38,669 bases of DNA from Candidatus Taylorbacteria bacterium RIFCSPLOWO2_01_FULL_45_34b (lineage in GTDB: Bacteria; Patescibacteriota; Minisyncoccia; Phycocordibacterales; DSPV01), in NCBI GenBank assembly GCA_001822675.1, contig MHRY01000013.1, forward strand, positions 2,024 through 40,692, in the 5' to 3' direction. Of this stretch, positions 35,060 to 38,669 are shown one piece after another; position 1 is the stretch's first letter; the number at the start of each line of letters is the position of its first letter. The notes below the pieces were generated by a model. That model was not told the DNA's origin and ran no database searches. It saw only the letters and a list, made by a program, of their open reading frames with translations. The position numbers and the translations under genes were made by a program.

Positions 35060-35987
35060 TCACATCTGAGCGACCTAAAATCTTGAATCCGTCAATAATG
35101 GCTTCACACAAAAAATCTTCCAATTGGCTCTGATCCTCTTTAGTCTGAGCTTTATAGAGATATGTATAATAAAGCTGTTTTTGCTCTTGACGGATGATTG
35201 CCGGAGTAAAATTTGCACTAAGTAACATTGCGTTCATAAGCAAACGACCGACACGACCGTTACCATCCCCGAATGGATGAATCTGTTCAAATTTACTATG
35301 TACGCCGGCAGACAAAGCAATAATATCTTTGGTTTTTGGAGTTATGCGAGCCATAACTTCTGGTACAAGTTTAGGAACGCTCATATAATTTGCAGTAGGC
35401 AAATTAACACCGGTGATTCTGACTCCGTGACTGCGATAAACACCAGCATCTGGACGAACACCGTTCATAAGGATGCTGTGGAGTTTAAGTACCAGAGTTT
35501 CATCAACTTTTTCTTTCTTGGCGACGTGATCAAATAAGTAATTCAAAGCTGTCTGATGGTTTTTTGCCTCTAGTTGCTCTGTCAGACTTTTATTTGGTAA
35601 AGCGGCATTATCAAAAAGAATCGCGGCCGTATCCAGTTCGGTAAGAGTACTACCCTCAATGCTGTTGCTGTGATAGGTGAGCTTCAAAATAAATTGATCA
35701 CGGATATCCGGATTAGCTAAAATTTCATTTATAACACTTTTATGTTCTCCTGATTTTTGCCGGAGAGCCTGTTTCTTTGCTGTTAGTTGATTAGAAGGGA
35801 TTGTTTTTTGCCCAGTCACTTCCAAAAAGAGCTCGTCAATGGAAGCCTGCATTTTTGGTCTGGGACTAGATCTACCGGTCCACCAGCTGTTGAAAGCTGC
35901 AAAAGACACGCCGAATTTTTCAGCGAGCTTGGTTTGGGTTAGCCCCAACATTCTTTGAATTACTTCTAGTTTTTGACGTATAGTCAT
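35055..35987 (-). CDS. XRE-HTH fused Fic (AMPylase) domain protein
   Basis: LTQTKLAEKFGVSFAAFNSW (HTH), SNSIEGS inhibitory-type motif, HPFGDGNGRVGR. Confidence 0.93.
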   Translation of the reverse strand: MTIRQKLEVIQRMLGLTQTKLAEKFGVSFAAFNSWWTGRSSPRPKMQASIDELFLEVTGQKTIPSNQLTAKKQALRQKSGEHKSVINEILANPDIRDQFILKLTYHSNSIEGSTLTELDTAAILFDNAALPNKSLTEQLEAKNHQTALNYLFDHVAKKEKVDETLVLKLHSILMNGVRPDAGVYRSHGVRITGVNLPTANYMSVPKLVPEVMARITPKTKDIIALSAGVHSKFEQIHPFGDGNGRVGRLLMNAMLLSANFTPAIIRQEQKQLYYTYLYKAQTKEDQSQLEDFLCEAIIDGFKILGRSDVR

Positions 35988-36018
35988 AGATATCTTACTT
36001 TATGAGCTAATAAACATT

Positions 36019-36077
36019 ATGTTAACAAACTTTATAAAGTTAGTCAAAATACTCAAACTTTATAAAGTTTGAGTATT
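36019..36077 (-). promoter_or_regulatory. Promoter with two palindromic operators for the HTH-Fic gene
   Basis: TTGACT-N17-TAACAT on the minus strand; AACTTTATAAAGTT in the spacer (36028-36041) and a 30-bp perfect palindrome with the same core at 36048-36077. Confidence 0.7.
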
Positions 36078-36178
36078 GCTTGTACAGCCTTTCATCCTTG
36101 AAGCAAAACTTCGAAGTAGTATCGGACCCAATAAAGACCGGCCATGAGTTAGCTAATTTTTATTATAATATGTTACGT

Positions 36179-36253
36179 TGGGGTGACTATCGGGAGTTGA
36201 ACCCGAACTAAAAGCTCCACAGGCTTCTGTGCTACCGCTACACCATAGTCACC
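36179..36253 (-). tRNA. tRNA-His(GTG)
   Basis: G-1, acceptor GTGACTA/TAGTCAC, anticodon loop CT-GTG-GA, T-loop TTCAACT, discriminator C, encoded CCA. Confidence 0.95.
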
Positions 36254-36321
36254 ATGTATTCTGAATAATTTTGTCTACATTGTGCCTCTTTACCTTATCA
36301 CACCACGCAAAATGAGCGCAA

Positions 36322-36594
36322 TTACTTCCCATACAAATTTGAGTGCGTATACACATCAACAAATCGCACTGTGTCGATATCTACGAACTCGTACACCGCG
36401 CGAAGATCTCCGCCGATATTAATACTCCAAAAACCAGCGTACTCGCCGATCAATGGGTGATTATCAAGAAGTGGGTGAAAAGAATTCTGCTCAAACAAAA
36501 GTAGTCGTGCATCACACCTTTCTCGCTCACCAGCACGAAGTTTTTTGTATTGCTTCTTGAAGGAAGAATGGAATATGACCACTAATTTACGCAT
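36322..36594 (-). CDS. RelE/YafQ-family mRNA interferase toxin
   Basis: FHSSFKKQYKKL, HPLIGEYAGFWSINIGGDLRAVY, THSNLY. Confidence 0.88.
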   Translation of the reverse strand: MRKLVVIFHSSFKKQYKKLRAGERERCDARLLLFEQNSFHPLLDNHPLIGEYAGFWSINIGGDLRAVYEFVDIDTVRFVDVYTHSNLYGK

Positions 36595-36859
36595 GTAAAT
36601 ATTTGATCGCTTCTTTCATGGAAACAAACGCTGGAGAGAGATTTTGTCCGGCTTCAACGTCGGCAACAATCTTGCCGAGTCGACGTTCAAGCTTTTTGCT
36701 CATTTTACGCGGCACGGCAAAAACAATCCGGCGATCTTCAATAAAACGCTGAAGATTAGCATTAACCACAATTGAAAGCGGCAAACCAAGCTCGGCCGCC
36801 ACTTTTTGGGCTTTTTGCTTCACCTCTTTGTCTACTTTTACATTTAAAACAGTTTTCAT
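36587..36859 (-). CDS. RelB/DinJ-family antitoxin
   Basis: RHH-like LNVKVDKEVKQKAQKVAAELGLPLS; overlaps the toxin start. Confidence 0.88.
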   Translation of the reverse strand: MKTVLNVKVDKEVKQKAQKVAAELGLPLSIVVNANLQRFIEDRRIVFAVPRKMSKKLERRLGKIVADVEAGQNLSPAFVSMKEAIKYLHA

Positions 36860-36898
36860 AACCGAAGTATATACAACGGTTATGTGGTCGTCAACGTG

Positions 36899-37462
36899 CT
36901 ATTTGTAGTTAGGCGCGTGCTCAACAATGCCCACTTTGTGATTTGAGAGGCGAGCGAGGGCGTAGAGAATACTTGATAGACGATTAAGAAAAGCGAGGGT
37001 GTGTTCAGAAAGCGTGACTTCCCCACTCTCAACTGCTTGAATAACCCGCCGTTCGGCTTTCCTCGCAAGTGTACGCGAAACATCAAAAAGCGCGGCTTGC
37101 TCGGAGCCACCAGAAATAAAAAAGGTTTTAATCGGCGGGAGTTCTTGTTCAATCTCATCAATAAGCATTTCAAGTTCTTTAACCTTAAATTCTTCAATTT
37201 TTTTAGGCGCGCCGGCGAGTTCCGCTTGAACAATAAACAAATTTTCCTGTATGAGGTGCACTATGTCCCGAAAAAGCATACCGTCTTCGCCAATTCGAAA
37301 GGCCCATTCCGCCGCCGAGACTTTGCACAAACCGAGAAATGAATTGAGTTCATCCATGGCGCCAAGAGCTTCTGTTTGACACGAAGCTTTAGAGATTCGC
37401 TCTCCGGGAAGCGAATTAAATACTTTAGTGGTGCCACTGTCCCCTTTGCGTGTATAAAGCAT
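36899..37462 (-). CDS. PduO-type ATP:cob(I)alamin adenosyltransferase
   Basis: LYTRKGDSGTT, GAMDELNSFLG, RTLARKAERR, FLNRLSS; start at MLYTRK. Confidence 0.92.
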   Translation of the reverse strand: MLYTRKGDSGTTKVFNSLPGERISKASCQTEALGAMDELNSFLGLCKVSAAEWAFRIGEDGMLFRDIVHLIQENLFIVQAELAGAPKKIEEFKVKELEMLIDEIEQELPPIKTFFISGGSEQAALFDVSRTLARKAERRVIQAVESGEVTLSEHTLAFLNRLSSILYALARLSNHKVGIVEHAPNYK

Positions 37463-37747
37463 AAAGAATAGCTTCCTAGCGCCTGCCCGACTGAATACAG
37501 TCATTCCAGGCGGGCTTCGGAAGCTTCATAATCTGCAAAAGCTTTTAGATGAGAGAAGAAAGTTCAGACCCCTCCTTATCTTTTAAGCTCTCGAAGCTAG
37601 TGCAGCTTTTGAAGCTACTGTAGCTCCAAGCTATTTTTAGAGATTACTCCTCCAAAAGTAAATTGCAAGAAGAATTTTCTCTCTGATACCTTCCACCTCA
37701 CCCTTACTTAGCCGGATGGGATTTTTGGTAGCGACTGGAAAAATTGA

Positions 37748-37820
37748 CACCCTCGGCAGGATTCGAACCCGCAAGTCCTCATTAGATATAGAGGCAGTTT
37801 ATCCGTTAGCTTACGAGGGC
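37748..37820 (-). tRNA. tRNA-Arg(TCT)-like gene with atypical expanded anticodon loop (possible pseudo-tRNA)
   Basis: GCCCTCG/CGAGGGT acceptor, GGA in the D-loop, GCGGG-TTCGAAT-CCTGC T-arm; anticodon arm CCTC-TATATCTAAT-GAGG is one nucleotide too long; 3' end TCA. Confidence 0.75.
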
Positions 37821-38505
37821 AAGATAAAGAAACGCGCAAGGGCGTTGAACAATCTTTATTTTCTTTTCCTCGTAAGCGAAAACATAATTGTATATTAGCA
37901 AAAACAGATAAGCCCTGCAATGCAAATACTATGAGTCAAAATTGGTTCTGATTTCGCACCTCCTCCTCGGCGAAAAAACCCTCCGTCCCGCCGAAGGCGG
38001 GAATCCGAATTCGTTTGGAAAATCAGACGAAACAGCGTGGGCGTGCCTTCGGCACGCCCACTCCTTGGTTGGTTCTCAACCGTTGAGTTCCTTATTGGTG
38101 TCTGTAATTATACACTTTGCGCGAACTTTTTTCGAGCGGAAACTGAACGGATGAATCAGCCCCGCCACCGCCTCGCAGAGCCTCGGCGGACACCAAAGAA
38201 AAATGTTCCTTACTTTTCGGATTTGCGCGCGACCAATTTCTTCTAAAAAGGAAAGGACATTTTTCTTTGGTGCTCTGCCCTAGAAGCTTCTGGGCAGGTG
38301 GCGGGACTAATGCGGACTCGGTTTTACGAAAACTATTTTTTGGGGAAAGGATTTCGCAAAACTTCGGCTGATTTGTTTTTGAATTTGGATGTCGCAAATG
38401 GAAAAGGAGGGGATTGGGGAGGAATCCTCCGCTTGCTCCGCTGTTTTCTTTTGGCGAATTTCGGGCGGGATTATTTGTAAAGACATCAGTTAATAATCCA
38501 GTGAC

Positions 38506-38669
38506 TTATCCTAGGATTTTTCTGTACAATGCAAGCGTTTTTTCAATCATCGTGTCAGACCTAAATTGCTTTGCAGTTTCTCTGATGGCTAATGCTAAAC
38601 GATGTCTCAAAGCTGTGTCGTTTAGTAAAAGTTTTATTTTTTCTTCAGCTTCTTCGATAGTATGAACAA
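38506..38669 (-). CDS. C-terminal end of a probable GT-B (GT4-like) glycosyltransferase; starts beyond the window
   Basis: ...EEAEEKIKLLLNDTALRHRLALAIRETAKQFRSDTMIEKTLALYRKILG*. Confidence 0.65.
   Translation of the reverse strand, partial: VHTIEEAEEKIKLLLNDTALRHRLALAIRETAKQFRSDTMIEKTLALYRKILG

Noticed and set aside
1-38669. Alternative genetic code (TGA recoded, as in Gracilibacteria/SR1)
   Set aside because: Conserved genes translate full length under the standard code, and TGA ends some genes (avd, cytidylyltransferase, MFP).

Overview
Bacterial chromosomal window, standard genetic code, with gene content and repeat style pointing to a Patescibacteria/CPR (Parcubacteria-like) genome (inference). 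It is mostly minus-strand housekeeping genes: recO, ileS with an inserted histidine-phosphatase domain, argS, a dTMP/folate cluster (HD hydrolase, tmk, glyA, thyA, folA, HIT, deaminase, cytidylyltransferase), secE-nusG-rplK without rplA, folD, a MacAB-type exporter, three secreted Asn/Thr/Gly-repeat proteins, an HTH-Fic protein, a RelBE-type TA pair and two tRNA genes. The main accessory feature is a complete diversity-generating retroelement (DGR) at about 5.76-8.45 kb: RT, an oppositely oriented avd-like gene, TR 7195-7320, VR 7654-7779 (21 mismatches, all at TR adenines) and a GAAA-capped hairpin. The cassette is bounded by a perfect 34-bp direct repeat that overlaps the likely ileS promoter, and the avd gene looks frameshifted at a C10 tract, a possible phase switch. 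Other notable items are a GIY-YIG gene bracketed by inverted repeats, a PaaX/Cas2-fold gene bracketed by two covarying perfect palindromes, palindromic repeats inserted in frame into tRNA synthetases, a candidate ~100-nt sRNA, and a tRNA-Arg-like gene with an expanded anticodon loop. All family assignments are from motif recognition by eye; no database searches were run.
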